Below, piece by piece: positions 1 through 15,167 of a stretch of DNA of 64,000 nt. A program made the position numbers and the translations under genes. This DNA is from Amoeboaphelidium protococcarum X5 (Eukaryota; Fungi; Aphelidiomycota). The stretch is from NCBI GenBank assembly GCA_023515725.1, contig JALDTO010000179.1:1-64000 (forward strand), read 5' to 3'. Every line of letters starts with the position of its first letter. Position 1 is the stretch's first letter. Below the pieces are notes generated by a model. It saw nothing but the letters and a program-made list of their open reading frames with translations, did no database searches and was not told where the DNA came from.

Positions 1-1043
1 TATGACTAGTAATACAGCAATCGCCAAAATAATAGCTTGATTCGTAGCAGTGCACTACAGTTATTGACCGCTTATTTAGAATCGACATGATTGCCTGATG
101 CAAAGATTGTTACAGCGAAAACTACGATTATTTCGCATATGCTTAAAGAGGATGATCTCTAATCTATCCTTTTCTATTAATTGATATCAATATTGGCAAC
201 AATGCTCAACATGACCAGTACTCCCCGTGATCCTTTAAGAATGATGGTCAAACACTGACGTCCATTAGTAACCTCGTGGCACGACAGTGCCACTTCCAAT
301 CAAATACTGGCGAATGGTTCGAACAGCGACTTCATAATGTAACATATGTTGGATTCGCTGATTAAACTGTTAATAAGGCGAATGTGTCGGTGTGTAAAAC
401 TAGCCTGGCATTAGGGATCGCTTGGGGTTGTGTTCAGGTAACCCGCACAATTATCTGAGTATTTGCTTGAAAAATATGACGCAAACCATGACCGTCGTCG
501 TGGATAAGGAGAATTTTACTTCACCTTACAATTCCTAACTGAGGATCAACAACGCTTCGTTACACTGCGCGGTTCCTATCTTTTCTAATCAGCTTTTAAC
601 ATTAACGTATTATCGTTAGGTTTTTTTGGGTTGATATATCGATTTTGAGTAAATGTAAATAATATTATTTGGAAATAGATTTTCCGTGACTTGCGAATAT
701 GTTTATTGAGAGAGTGACGATTCTCGTGTCTCTGCCAATACTGATTGTACGAGCGGCCCATGTAACAATTTCATTCATCAAATACGCAAAAGACTGTGCA
801 TTCCTCAAGGCCCCGTATAATAAATAGCACACATCTGTAACCAGTTCGTGCACGAATATCGGTGAACAGTCAATCAATCTCTCAGTTGGTCACCCGTTTC
901 GGAACAAATCTACATCGCTGAAACAGAGAAATCGCGAGCTGAATCGCTCGAGTGAATCGCATTAGAATAGTCGCGGCCTCTCTTTCTCTTTTTCTGCAGT
1001 GATCGTATCGTTACAGAAAACGTCAATTCGAATTACCGTAATA

Positions 1044-2196
1044 ATGCTGCAGGATAACACAAACACAGTAGACCAACAGTTGTCATCTCAACTGTAAAAG
1101 ACTGCTCTCAGTAATAATAAAAACATGAGTGTCCAAGATGAGCCTATACTGACTCCAAACCCAAATCGTTTCGTGCTGTTTCCTATAAAGTATCATGAGG
1201 TGAGATTACGTCATTAGTTTTAATTCTCTAAATTTTTTAATGATATTATGGCTAGTTAGTATTAGCCCATCAGTATATCCATGCATGTAGGTATGGTAAA
1301 TGTACAAGAAAGCTGAGGCCAGTTTCTGGACTGCTGAAGAGGTGGACCTGAGCAAGGACATCCATGACTGGGAAGGCCTGACTGACGACGAGAGATGGTT
1401 CGTTTCGCACATTTTGGCGTTTTTCAGCAGCAGCGACGGAATTGTCAACGAGAATTTGGTTGAGCGTTTCAGTCAGGAAGTCTAGATCCCAGAGGCTCGT
1501 TGCTTCTATGGATTCCAGATTATGATTGAGAACATCCACTCTGAGATGTACAGTCTGCTGATTGACTCTTACGTCAAGGACCCGGCTCAGCGTGATTATC
1601 TATTCAATGCCACTGAGAACATCCCTTGCATTCGTAAGAAGGCTGACTGGGCTCTGCGCTGGATCAGTGATGATAAGTCTACTTTTGGTGAACGTCTGGT
1701 TGCCTTCGCTGCTGTTGAAGGTATTTTCTTTTCCGGTGCATTCGCTTCCATCTTTTGGCTGAAGAAGCGTGGTAAGATGCCTGGTCTGACTTTTAGTAAT
1801 GAACTTATCAGTCGCGATGAAGGCCTGCACACCGACTTTGCTTGTCTGTTATTCTCTCTGTTGCGCAATAAGCCTTCCTCATCCACCACGTAGTAGATTA
1901 TTGTTGAAGCTGTTGAAATTGAGAAAGAATTTATGACTGAAGCTCTGCCTGTCAATTTGATTGGAATGAACAGTAAGTTGATGAAAGTTTACATTGAATT
2001 CGTGGCTGACCGTCTACTGGTGGCTCTTGGTTTGCCAAAGTATTACAAGGTTGATAACCCATTTGACTTTATGGACTTGATCTCTCTGCAGGGTAAGACC
2101 AATTTCTTTGAGAAACGTGTTTCTGAATATTAGAAGGCTGGTGTGATGAGTAATAAAGAGTCTGACAAGAAGTTTTCACTGGATGAGGATTTCTGA
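1044..2196 (+). CDS. RNR2: Ribonucleotide reductase small (beta) subunit
   Basis: With TAR=Gln: [14 protein letters not shown]|[50 protein letters not shown], ends FSLDEDF-TGA. One GT-AG intron at 1200-1290. Confidence 0.97.
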
Positions 2197-2366
2197 TCAG
2201 TTGAGTGTTGTCCTATAAGTTATTAAGCCAAATGTGTCCGCTCTTGGATTGATTAAAGCTATGTTGATATGATATATATGTGAGGGAAGAAGTGTGATTT
2301 ATGAATGACGATGATTGTATAAAATCTATTTATCAGAAATTGACCTCTTACAGGCTAACATTATAG

Positions 2367-3116
2367 TCAATAATTGCTCAACTTAACTCCATATTCAGTC
2401 ACTTTGTAGTGCAAAATATCTCTTGCCGCTTGCTTAGAGGAATACTGAGAGAAGAAACCCACAGAACCGTCAACTTCTACAGATTTACCGCTCGATAACG
2501 GTTGGCATTCAACCACATAGTCGGCACCATGAATCATCTAGTTACGCAAGTTATCATGTGATACTAGGCCATTAATATGAATCAGTTAATTCACTTTATG
2601 CTTATAACAATAATTACGTAAACGATGAAGGAAACGCGTCGTCTTCTCTAATGGCACGCCAATACATTCTAGCACACTCAGATCATCGATAATAATCCAA
2701 GATTCACCATTCTGTGTACACCTCTATCCCAATACATCAATAATTTGATCCTCCCACTAGGCAAATAAGAGCCGGTGTATATTGCCATCTGCTGACATTG
2801 CGCTTTCACTACTCTCAGCCATAGACTATTGGTTCTATTAAAACTAACTCAAACCATCACAAAATATGAGTCGATCATCAAGTCGTGAATATCCGAGCTT
2901 CTTCTAAATCTACAGATAGTGATGTATAGTCTGAGAGAAGCTGACAAGAATACAGTTCCCATTCTTCAACGCGTGCTATACAGACAGATGAAGCGCAAAT
3001 GACGCATCAGCAGCAGGGCCATTACTCACAGCTAGAACATTTACTTGACTCCGCGCTGATGATGGCTCGCGTTTATCATCATCAAAATACGGCAGATAAT
3101 CTTGAATAATCGGCAT
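2367..3116 (-). CDS. ELP6: Elongator complex subunit ELP6-like
   Basis: DASFALHLSVQHALK..CILVSFSQTIHHYLQIQKKLG and ADYVVECQPLSSGKSVEVDG match ELP6 blocks. Probable intron 2564-2617; TGA stop. Confidence 0.7.
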
Positions 3117-3314
3117 CTCTTGGTTTCACCTTGATTATGGATAACTTCAATTACGTAATACCGACAGAGAATTGATATGCAATACAATACTAGAAATATA
3201 AAATATACGAATAGTATTAATTTCTATTGCAATTAGTACAGTAATGCACGTATTGTTATAATGACAAAAAAATGCTTTATCACTTTTTTGTATTAAAAGC
3301 AAAAAATAATTTTA

Positions 3315-6300
3315 ATGAAGTCTGTCGCGTAGTGTCTCCCCATCACGTCTGTGCTTTACCTTCACAACAATGACACGTTCTTGTCTGGTATGTTAAATCA
3401 TTGATATGGACCTTGTTATCAGTAATAATTATTGTGTAGGTGTGGGAAGTACGGTTAGATTGCATATCGATGGCGTCATTGTTGATTAGATGCAAATTTT
3501 TCGATATCAGCGCATCTGTGGTATGTCCCTGATTGATGGCACTTCTCTGGTTCTGGTACATGCTGAGAACTGCCTCTCTGTAATAAAGATACTCAACACT
3601 GATGGTAAAATAAAGTTGATATTTTAGAAATCATTAAACGATTATATAAAGTGCGCGTACTGCTTTAGTCAAAGTGATCAAGATACGTTGATGGCTGCAG
3701 TAGTTTATGCTAAAAACTTTGCACAAGTGTTCAAATTAAGTGTTCGGGAGGATAGTGATAATTGGAATTTGAGTCTTGTAAGCACTATATACTGTGAGAA
3801 GTAGTCAGTGATATATGCTGCTCAGGTCATTTAATATAATGATCAATTGTATGTTTTAGCTGGAAATATGGCTGGAGAATTGATAATTTGGAGGTTCTCT
3901 GGTAACGTTTTGCATGTTGACAGTTCAGTGTCTTAGATTGTGTCTGTTTAGAGAGTTCACAATGGAGCCATATTTGGCATAGATTCTAATATTATGGATT
4001 CTATTTTGTAAATTACCTCTTGTTCTGATGATAGAACTATATCTTTATTTTCATTGGATTTGAATACTTTCATGGCATCTGAAGTGATTAAATTTGAAGG
4101 ACATTCTGGACGCGTTTGGGAAGTGAAGTTGATAGAATTAGATCATAGTGACCATGTTTTGTCGGCGAGTGAAGATGGTAGCTGTAAATTATGGAATGTG
4201 CAGTCAGGATAGTCGATTTATAAATTTACGACTGGTGGCATTTTAGGGAACTTTAGGTGTATCGATTATCATAAGGATGGAAGGTAGTTTATTGCAGGCT
4301 CTAACAACGGAGGTGTGATGGTATAATATATTGATAACTAGGAATAGTAGATCCGGAATTGCCCGATTGCTTTTGATAGTCTGACTTTTGTCAAGATTCA
4401 ACATTTGGCGGAAGATGGTCTTATTGCAATATCCAAATGTGGGTGTCTCTGTATTGTTCGTGATATCTCTAGAGGCGCGTCATAGTATTCTATATTGCAT
4501 AAAGATGTAGATTTGTTTAATACCAAGTCTAAGCTGAGTATTACTACTTTGTCTTCTACTGTCTACGCGATTGCTTGTGTCAATTAGCTGGGGAGATTAG
4601 AAGTATTTACGTTAAAATGTGGGGATGATAAAGTTTAATGTGTATATTCTACGAATGTCCCTTAACGGTCTGTAATTCAGGATATTGTGATAAAGTACTT
4701 GGATCAGCATCTTCATGTATTTGTAATGACGCAGAAGTTTATATCCACTCTAGACAGAGGGCTGAATGGCGATGTGCTTTGGTTATAACTGCCGATGGAC
4801 AATACTTATAGTCTTGTTAAGCTTTAATCTGAGACGATCTTGAATTATCCTCTGAGTTTAGCTCAAAAATCTTGTTAATTGAAAATACCATAGGCTATAA
4901 AGTGCATCGACATTGTCAAATGTGACTAAATGTACGTTGTAGTTAGCGGTGATGTTGGCGGTCACTTGTTAGTTTATCTACTTGATTCTGGTGTTAACGA
5001 TCATACTGGAGAGCGTATCATGTTATCACCTGTGGAAGTGTATAAAGTAACTGTGGATTGTGATGTGGTCACTCAAGTTGTTATGGTGCCTGGGTGTGAT
5101 CAGGAGAAGAGATCGTTCATTATTCACACTAGCGCTCGTGATGGATACTATGGACAGTTTTAGCTGACTTGCAGTGAACACAACCGTCTTGTGGACTTTA
5201 AACTTATTAGTCATACTCCAATGTCTTCTAATTAGTTAGAGAATATTTACATCACCCAGAGTCATAAATATGTAATGGAAAAGTCTGGTAATACTTTGCA
5301 TTTGCTTGATGCTAGGAGTGGGCAGTAGGTGTTATATCACACTTGTTCTAAAGGTGCGGATTGGTCATGTCAAGTATCGGATTCTTCTGTCAGAATTAGC
5401 TCTTTACATCATGGTTCAATTAATGTCTCTGAATTAATTCTAAGTTAAGATTAGCTGAGGTAGAATGATAGACAATTTTCTGATTCTTATAGTGGCAATA
5501 GAATTACGTGTGTTGGTATTTTACCATTGCCTTAGATCAACATTGGGAATAATTGTTTATAATTAATATGCGGTAATGATGATGGAGCTTTGGACGTATT
5601 TGAGTACTCCGCAGCTGAAAATCTCTTGCGCAAGATTCAAGTTATCAAGAAGCATACAGGATATTTAAATGATATTAATTTTTCTGCTGACCGAACTGAT
5701 GAATTGTAGTACATGTTTGCTGCAGGTGCGCGCGAAGAGTTCACTTGCTGGCTATATTAAAACGAACCTGGTTCTATAAATCCCTAGTTTTATGAATTAT
5801 GTTCAGCTCCACCTCTATTCAGCTCTTAAGATGTCCGAATTATGGCGATAGATTCCTGTCATGGTCCTAGATATGATCTCATTTTAATCAGCGCTGTGTA
5901 TTCAAACTCGTATCTTGTATTCTGGCTTTTTGATACTATCCAAAATTTATATATTCCTATATCTGCGGAGAATGTTAGTAACAGCTGTCTACTTTCGGTT
6001 AAGCTGATTAAAGATGACTAGAGATACATTTGCTTAACTGGGTGCAACGACGGGTAGCTTATAGTATACGAATGTCGTAACATTGACCAGATTGCTCTAT
6101 CCGTGTACAAATCAGACCGTAAAGTAATCGATAAAAGGCAAGAGTTTCGACTTAATACCATACATACTCGAGTAAATCAAAATTAATAATCGTTTGATCT
6201 ACAAAATCTGGAAAATGTAGAAATTTCTGGTCGTGTTGAATCTATCAGAGTTCATTAGTGTGGTATGAAATCATTTTGCGGCATTAGATCATAATCTGAA

Positions 6301-6651
6301 GATGGTACTTTAGTTATTATCAGCGGTGGAGTTGATGGTAGCATAGTTGTATCATCTATAGATTTGGCACAATTAAAGCTCAAGGTACTCCACACTGAAC
6401 GTCATGCGCATTCATCCAACATATAATCCATCTCTGTTCTGAATCATGCCGAGTAAGTTGTAAAATTCGCGTCTATTGCTAGTGATAACGTTCTGTCCAT
6501 ATGGAAATGGTAAGAGAATCATAATGTACTATCACGCGTCGCATCTCATGTCTGTTAAAATAACGACGTTGCCTCGTTCGCTTTCGGATCCTCCTAACTA
6601 TGCGCAGTGGTTGGTAATGGAATAGAAGTGATTGACATGGTAGATTAATGA
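3315..6651 (+). CDS. WDR6: WD40-repeat protein, WDR6/Trm734(Rtt10)-like tRNA methylase cofactor
   Basis: Long TAR=Gln frame with LPITSV, RVHNGAIF, SCSDDRTI, GHSGRVW, SASEDGSCKLW and C-terminal VVGNGIEV. Intron 3388-3439. Start inferred; an in-frame ATG at 3177 also exists. Confidence 0.8.
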
Positions 6652-6890
6652 TAAATATTTAAAAACGACTCATCATCGTGTGATAAAGAGTGAACAGATA
6701 TTTAGTTTCCACTTTAATCTAGAGAAAGCAATATTTACAGATAAGCGCTGCAAATCGTATTGTTGATCACTCTCAGATCATCACTCAAAACTTACACAAC
6801 TTTATCAATCCAGTCGCTATAAAACGCGTCAATGTCAGTCATACAAAGTATAATCAACCAATATCAATAAATCTATTCATAATTCAGTAA

Positions 6891-7145
6891 TCACAGCTAT
6901 CTCTACTTATGTCGAGGATTCACTTTGCAGTAGACATACCATTTGTTATTACCCTTCTTTATAACATAGCAGTGCTCACACTTTTTCTTGATCGCTGACC
7001 TCACCTTGAGGCCTCGAGATTATAATAGACTAGAGCACTGATTCTATTACAGCAGAGCGCGTTATGACTAAATAACACTAGAATTATTGGTAGGAAACAG
7101 CAATTTAGAATTGGCTCCCAGTAAAGATTTCAAGTAATTTAACAT
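6891..7145 (-). CDS. MRPL36: Mitochondrial ribosomal protein bL36m
   Basis: Presequence then [39 protein letters not shown]. Both Gln of the HKQRQ motif are TAG. Confidence 0.93.
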
Positions 7146-7270
7146 CTTGACGCGTATCAATTTCAGATCACAAATTCGTGCATAAAGAGACAAAAGACAA
7201 TAAGGCGATCGAAAGTACTGAAAATATAAAACTGTGAATCTACGATCAGCTGTAAATAAAATCTCATTTC

Positions 7271-10200
7271 TCATTCTAGCAGCTCATCATCAAAACCCCT
7301 TCCACGCGAATGTTACATCTGGCTTTTCTCATGTGGCGGCACTATTCCATCATGCTCATCCACTCTACTCAGCGTCTCAGACTTGACTTGTGGTGATGAT
7401 GACTTCTTACCAAATGCGCGCATTTGAATGTCCTGAGAACCGCGCGATAAACTGCGATTTCTCATAGCTCCTTCCTCTGCATCAGGCTCTAACGCGTTAA
7501 CATTGTATCTCTCTTCACTATGTATAGCCTTGTATAAACTCAATCTCTTCTTATGCGCTTAAGCAACAGGTACGATAGCGTTTAGTGCCTGTTGTGACGG
7601 AGACAAATCTTCCTAAGATGATCTTGACGTATCTTTCATACCAAAATTGAATCCACAAATCTTGCAGCCATCTCCAGTTGGTAATAGACGCAGAATAACC
7701 GCCATTGGGAACACCAGTAAACCGCACAATATAGTAGTTCCCCACATAGCGCCCGTAAGCGGAGTGGTGGTGAATACAGCTCCACCAAAATACACTATTA
7801 TCACCTGAATAGGCACAGCCAACAAAAACAGTGGAATAAAAAACTTGTTCTATAAAATGCCCTTGAAGATATTGAACTTGCCATCAATCCTTCTGCAGTT
7901 GAACTCATTCAGAAGTAGCTCGAAAATGAACACATTAAACACGAGCGTACTCAGCTGAATGTAATCATTCTTCTTACTAAGATCCAGTCTAAAGATAACT
8001 GGCCCCAGGAAGACTAGAAATAGACAGGAGCAAACAATGTAAGATGACATGCCTAGAATAAGTTTCCACATTTCAACAGTAATCAGAGGATCTTTCCTGC
8101 TATCAGGCATCCTATCCAGAATATCTTCATTCGGGCGATCTGTAGATAGAGAGAGTGAGGCCTGCGAGCACATGATCATGTTAACCCAAAGCAATTGCAC
8201 CGCAGACATGATTGCCTTATTATTAGGACTGGCCACGGCACTTACGAACACGATAATAACTGCGGATATACAAGAGGTGAGCTGGAACTGTATAAACTTG
8301 CGCACCGAGTCAAAGACACTTCGACCCCACATCATGGCTTTTAAGATACTGGCAAAGTTATCATCCATTAGGATGATAGAGCTGGCTTCTTTGCACACTT
8401 CAGTACCAGTGATACCCATACTGAATCCGACGTCGGCCATTTTCAGAGCAGGTGCATCATTAGTTCCATCTCCAGTTACAGCTACAGTCTCGCCCATCTC
8501 CTTCAACTTTCCCACCAGAATCTGCTTGTCACCGGGACTAGATCTAGCTAGAACTTATAAACGCGGTAGCATTTCTTTCATTTCTTTATCAGGCAAGTTG
8601 CGAAACTATGGCCCTTCCATCACTATACCGCCTTGCATGTATATACCACACTTGGCAGCAATAGCTTTGGCAGTATTAACGTTATCACCAGTCACCATGC
8701 GAACAACCACTCCAGCCAGTTGACACTTTCTTACAGCATCAGCGACTCCATCCCGCAGAGGATCCTCAATGCCGACCAGAGCAATTATGCAGTATTTACT
8801 CAGCAGATGGGCTTCTAGTCTAGCGGCCGCGTCTTCCGGAATCTCTTTGCCCACATTCTCTGCACCAACAATATCCTTGTACTCCCCCATAGTCATATCT
8901 TTGTAAGCGATGATGATGGTACGTAGACTATCGTTCGCAAACTTGGAAATCTTCTCTTGAAGCTATACTTTATATTGATCAGACAACTGTGAAGACTAAA
9001 GGTTGTTATGAGCCTAATTATACACCATAACCTTATCAGAGTATCCTAGTACGATTTCAGACGCTCCTTTAATGTAAAAACGCACAGTATTATCATCCAA
9101 CTTGATCACGGTGATCATACTTTTACGCAGACTTGAGAAGGGATACACCTGGAGTATGGAGCTGTCTGCATCCTTCTTCAAAGAGGTGTAATCATATAAT
9201 CCCAACTTATCACAGAAATCCAGCAGTGCACATTCTGTCTTGTTACCTACATATGCGCTGGAGCCATCATCACGCTTCTCTTCAAAAACACTGGAATTCA
9301 TCAAGATAGCATCAAGAAGCAAATTCGTATACTGAACACCAGTAAAAGGATTCTTCATCAGCTACTTATGTCTCTTGTCCATAATATCGGCCTGATTCTC
9401 AGTCAATTTCTTCTTCAACTTGGCAATACCACTATCATTCTTAAATTCAGTCTTGCACCCAATGAATCCAGCCACTACAGTCATCCGATTCTGCGTCAAG
9501 GTACCAGTTTTATCACTACAAATTGTCGTTGCATTTCCCATAGTCTCACAAGCACTCAGCACACGCACCAGATTATTATCCTTCATCATTTTGATAATTC
9601 CATACGCCAATGCAATAGTAACTGCTAATGGAAGGCCTTCAGGCACAGCGACAACAATAATCACGATGGAGCCGACGACAATACCGACTATAGTCTCCAA
9701 AATAATCGGACCTTCATCCCAGCCATTAATGCTTTACGACACCAGGTACTTTATGACTAGAATGACGAGAAGTAACAAACTGACACTCACCGCAGTCTTT
9801 GCAATAGTCTCAGCCAGACCATCCAATTTCACCTGCAGAGGCGTATCATCTTCCGGTATACGCAAGCCCATCATCAACTTTCCATTGAATGAATATTCAC
9901 CGACACAGGTGACCAAGAACTGCCCGACACCTTCCGTGACCTTACTACCACTCAATATAAAAGGATCAAAATCAGCACCATCAGCATACGCAGAGTACGG
10001 AGTCTTGCGGATCAAATCAGATTCACCAGTGGCAGAACTCTCGTCACAGTGCAAGTTATGACCAGACACCATAACACCATCCACATTCACAACATCTCCC
10101 GGTTCAAGAAGGAGTATATCACCAACCACCACATCAAATATGGAGAGCATCTGCACATTACCACTCCGCAAACATTTCACCTCCCGATCTTCCTTCTTGG

Positions 10201-10690
10201 TGTTCAGCTATCGGAACTGAGCCTCCTTCTTATAATCATTGATAGATTGAACCAGGGCCACCACAATGACGGACGCGATAATCGCTACACCTTCCACCCA
10301 ATGAGGTTCTTCAGAGTCATTACTCGGTCGAAATTCCAAGTATAGTCCGATAGCGAGCGAGACCAAGGATGCCACAGTAAGAACGATCAATGTCTTATCG
10401 CGCAGAGCAAGTAAGAACAGCTGAAACAAAGTCTTTGGAGGCTATTCAGGCAAGCGATTCGCTCCGTAGAATTCAGTCCTGTCCTTGTAGTCACCATCTT
10501 TGTCTAGGCCGGAAAAAAGGTTGGTACGCAATGCTCTACACAGTCCGTCAATACCATTCAATGCACGCAGTTTCTTCACATCTTTCGGGTCAAATAACTC
10601 TTGCAATTGCCCGATCGACAGTTCAAATGAAGGAGATTCCTCAGCAGATTCTCCATCAACAATCTACTCCCCTTTATTATGCGACAACAT
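7271..10690 (-). CDS. P2B (PMCA/Pmc1-type) P-type ATPase, copy 1, divergent ion-binding site
   Basis: Intronless 1139-aa frame with TGES, PEGLPL, DKTGTLT, KGASE, TGDN and [10 protein letters not shown] motifs. Confidence 0.95.
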
Positions 10691-11432
10691 TCTGTAATGT
10701 AATATAGTAGAAAACACGTGAAAATATGAAATAAGTCAGGTAATACAATAATATTATTAAGTAAAAAAACAGTTAAAGGAAGACAAATCATGCATGGCAT
10801 ACATTTTAGTGATTCAATCAAATGTTGACGGCATGTGTAACAACGAAGATCGGCGATGATCATCCCGTGCCCGATCTTCGGGTAACTACATCACGATTTA
10901 ACTACCTAGTAGTAAAGATATTAGACTGGTAAATTCATCTACTGGTCCACTAATTAATCAATCAATGCTTAATATACTGGAAGAAAAACTTGCCGCGTCT
11001 GTGTTTGATACAGTCTTTGATCATGGAGGAGGTATAGAGCAAATCGAACGACACAAAGATTGTACGCGAGGCTGGAAAGTAAAGTGTGGGTCCAAACTAT
11101 CATACTCATAAGATTTAGGTTGAAGGCTGTTTACTTTATGATCTATTCTCACGATCCATCGATGGAAAAATACCATTGTATGTTATTGATTATGTGCACA
11201 AAGAGCATGTACTAACCAGAGGATGCCGAGACGAATGATGTGGCAAATAGTTGTCGCCTAACAAAAGAGAATGCTTTGTTAGATTTTGGCCGGTAATAGC
11301 TCGCGGAATCGTAAACAATGTCAAATAGATGTTTTAAAGATGTCATAGAGCATGCATGTACAGAAGAGTAATTTTATTTCCATTCAACTACATTGAATGT
11401 AATTTTATATTTAACAGCGATAGCGATGATAG

Positions 11433-14400
11433 TCATAGCAGTACTTCATGGCTGCTACTCATCGATGCCTACCCACGCCTGTTCGCTGTATGATAATGAT
11501 TATAATTATGATGATGGAGATCCCCCGTAGAACCGCCTTGTTCATTTAGCTAGGAGCGAAGACTTCTTAACGCGACACTCTAAGGATCATCATCGTAAAG
11601 ATAACCATGTTCAGCCAGATTACTAGACTTTCTATCTTTAGTGCGGACATTATGAGACTAGTTACGACTTCCACGCGGTAGACTGTGAACCGAGTCAGAG
11701 TTGCGAGATTGACGCGAGAGATCCCAGTCGCGATGAATAGCTTTAAACAGACTTAAACGCTGCTTAGATTAGGACTATTCGTAAAACAACTGCTACGATG
11801 GTGGAAGATTGAGCAATGCCGCGCGAGGTTCCTCTTTCATACCAAAATTAAAGCCACAGATCTTGCAACCGTCTCCCGTGGGAAGAAACCGAATGATTGC
11901 AGCTATAGGGAATACCAGCAGTCCGCATATCAAGGACACTACCCACATCGCGTTCGTGATTGGAACTGTATGGAATACTTCACCGCCATAATAGATGATT
12001 AAAACTTGAGTTGCAACAATGAGGAACAAGAGTGGGATGTAAAACTTGTTCTTGAGAATCCCTTTGAACACATTGTAACTGCCATCGATTCTTCTACAAT
12101 TAAATTAATTGAACAGAATCTCAAACAAGAATACATTAAACACCAATGCTCCGAGCTGGTACTCGTCATAACGCTAACTCACATCCAACCTGAATACCGC
12201 AGGACCCACAAAGACCAAAATCAGACACGATGTGATGCAATACACGGACTGGCCAAGTATCATTTTCCACATCTCGACAGTTATCAAAGGGTCATTTTTA
12301 CTGTCCGGCAAACGATCTAATATGTATTCTGTTGGGCGATCAGTCGCCAGAGTCAGTGCAGCAATAGAACTAATGATCATATTTATCCAAAGCAGTTAAA
12401 TCGCAGATAGAGCACTTTAATTATTGGGACTAGCTATAGCACTAATAAATACTATAGTTACGGCAGAGATACTAATGGTTAATTAGAACTAAATAAACTT
12501 GCGCACAGAATCATTCACACTTCTTCCCCACATCATGGCTTTAAGGATACTCGTAAAGTTGTCGTCCATCAATATAATATCACTAGCCTCTTTACTCACT
12601 TCAGTACCTGTGATACCCATGCTAAAACCAACATCAGCCATTTTTAGAGCAGGAGCGTCATTAGTACCATCTCCAGTCACAGCTACAGTCTCGCCCATCT
12701 CCTTTAATTTACCAACCAAAATCTATTTATCACCGGGACTAGATCTAGCTAGTACCTAGAGACGAGGTAATATTTCTTTCATTTCCTTATCAGGCAAATT
12801 ACGAAATTATGGTCCTTCCATAATTATACCACCAGTAGTATAAATTCCGCACTTTTTAGCAATAGCAGTGGCAGTGTGTACATTGTCACCAGTCACCATG
12901 CGAACAAATACACCAGCCTTCTAACATCTCTTCACAGCCTCAGGTACACCTTCACGCAGAGGATCTTCAATACCAACCAAAAGTATCACGGCCAAGTCAT
13001 GATGGCACATCTCTTCGAGCTATTCTGCAGCTTCCGCAGGCACTTCTTTACCAACATTTTTGGCTCCCACTATTTCAATATACTCGCTCATAGGCATATC
13101 TTTAAATGCAACCAAGATGGTACGAAGACTTTCATCGGCAAAACTCGATATCTTTCCAAGCATCTAGGCACGTAAAGAATCCGTGAACGGAACCACTTTA
13201 TACTGTACTGAGGCATTATCTTCCAAGACCATGATCTGACTAGCATACTTTAGCACAATCTCAGACGCACCTTTGACGTAGAATCTGACTGTGTCATCAT
13301 TAATCTTGACCACAGTGCTCATACTCTTACGCTCACTACTGAACGGATACACCTGGAAAACAGACTTGTCAGTCGCCGCCTTATAAGAAGTATAGTCGTG
13401 TAAGCCCATCTTGACACAAAATTCCAGTAGCGCAGACTCTGTCTTATTACCCACAAAAGACTTGGCACCTTTCTAGTCAACCTCCTCAAATGCATTAGAG
13501 TTCATAACAACAGAATCTATCAGGAGATTTACATATTAAGGACCGCTGAATGGCTATGATTATACCTATCTATATTTAGTATCCAGCACGTCTTCCTCCT
13601 TCTCATTCAACTTCTTCTTTAACTTGGCGATACCACTATCATTCTTAAACTCAGTCTTACAACCTATAAATCCAGCCACCACAGTCATCCGATTCTGCGT
13701 CAAAGTACCAGTTTTATCACTACAGACAGTGGTAGCATTACCCATAGTCTCACAGGCACTAAGCACACGCACAAGATTATTATCCTTCATCATTTTGATG
13801 ATTCCATAAGCCAGCGCAATGGTAACGGCCAGTGGAAGACCCTCGGGCACCACGACAACTATAATCACTGTAGAAACAACAACAATACCTACTATATTCT
13901 CAAGAATGATTGGACCCTCATCCCAACCGTTAATACTTTGCGACACCAGGTACTTTATGACTAGAATGACGAGTAATAACAAACTGACACTCACCGCAGT
14001 CTTTGCAATAGTCTCCACCAGACCATCCAACTTCACCTGCAGAGGCGTATCATCTTCAGGTATACGCAGGCCCATCATCAGTTTTCCATTAAAAGAATGT
14101 TCACCAACACAAGTTATCAAGAACTGACCGACACCTTCCGTGACCTTACTACCACTCAATATAAAAGGATCAAAATCAGCACCATCAGCATACGCAGAGT
14201 ACGGAGTCTTGCGGATCAAATCAGATTCACCAGTGGCAGAACTCTCGTCACAGTGCAAGTTATGACCAGATACCAATACACCATCCACATTGACAATATC
14301 ACCAGGCTCTAGCAGAAGTATGTCACCCACAACCACATCGAATATAGAGAGCATCTACACATTACCACTTCGTAAACATTTCACCTCCCGATCTTCCTTC

Positions 14401-14873
14401 TTGGTGTTCAATTTCCTAAACTAGGCCTCCTTCCTGTAATCATTCACAGCCTGCACAAGAACGACGATTAAAATGGAGATAAAGATCGCAAGTCCTTCTA
14501 CCCAATGCGGCTCAGTCGAAGTCTTATTAGGCCGCAGCTCCAAGAAGAGACCGACAGCAAGAGATATCACGGCGGCGACTGAGAGAACGATCAGAGTCTT
14601 ATCATGCAATGCAATCCACACCAAGCTTAGAAAGGTCTATGGCGGTTACTCAGGCAGCCTGTTCTCACCAAAATAGTCTTTCCTGATATTGATATCCTCT
14701 ACTCCATCCTTATTAAGACCAGTTTTCACATCAGATCGCAATGTTTGTTGCAATCCCTCAACACCGCCTAAGGAGTGTAGAGCAGACAAGTCTTTCGGGT
14801 CGAATAGAGCCTGCAAGTCTTCAATTTATAGAGGAAATTCATCCTCCGACGTTGGATCATATTGTAGTTCCAT
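11433..14873 (-). CDS. P2B (PMCA/Pmc1-type) P-type ATPase, copy 2 (mosaic of copies 1 and 3)
   Basis: Intronless 1146-aa frame with the same motifs; ends SHEVLL-TGA. Confidence 0.95.
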
Positions 14874-15167
14874 AATTTAAGTGTAAGAATGACAAACTAT
14901 ACGCTATAAAAGATGATTTATGAAGTACGCAAAGCTAAATAATCAATCAAGCTCCTGTACTTGAAGGACTAATAAATGGGAAATCGAAAAATTTACCATT
15001 CGTGCACCAGTATTTTTGAAAAAATTAATAAAAAATTCGACGTAAGGAGGAAGAGGAGGGAGAATTATAGAGGAAGATATTCTAATCATTTGATTTCATT
15101 ACAGAGTATCATGAAGTGGCGTGAGTCTATTTATAAACTCCGGCATCGGCGAGAATGATCAACTTTA

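Noticed and set aside
1-880. Possible gene end on the + strand finishing at TGA 646-648
   Set aside because: The frame has TGA at 88 and 256 and no recognisable motif, so no call can be supported.
8049-10061. Long + strand ORFs opposite the ATPases (also 19-21 kb) and other antisense ORFs in the track
   Set aside because: Antisense shadows of conserved coding sequence with no independent motifs.
10900-11350. Short protein-like frames between ATPase copies 1 and 2
   Set aside because: Interrupted by TGA, with no recognisable family.
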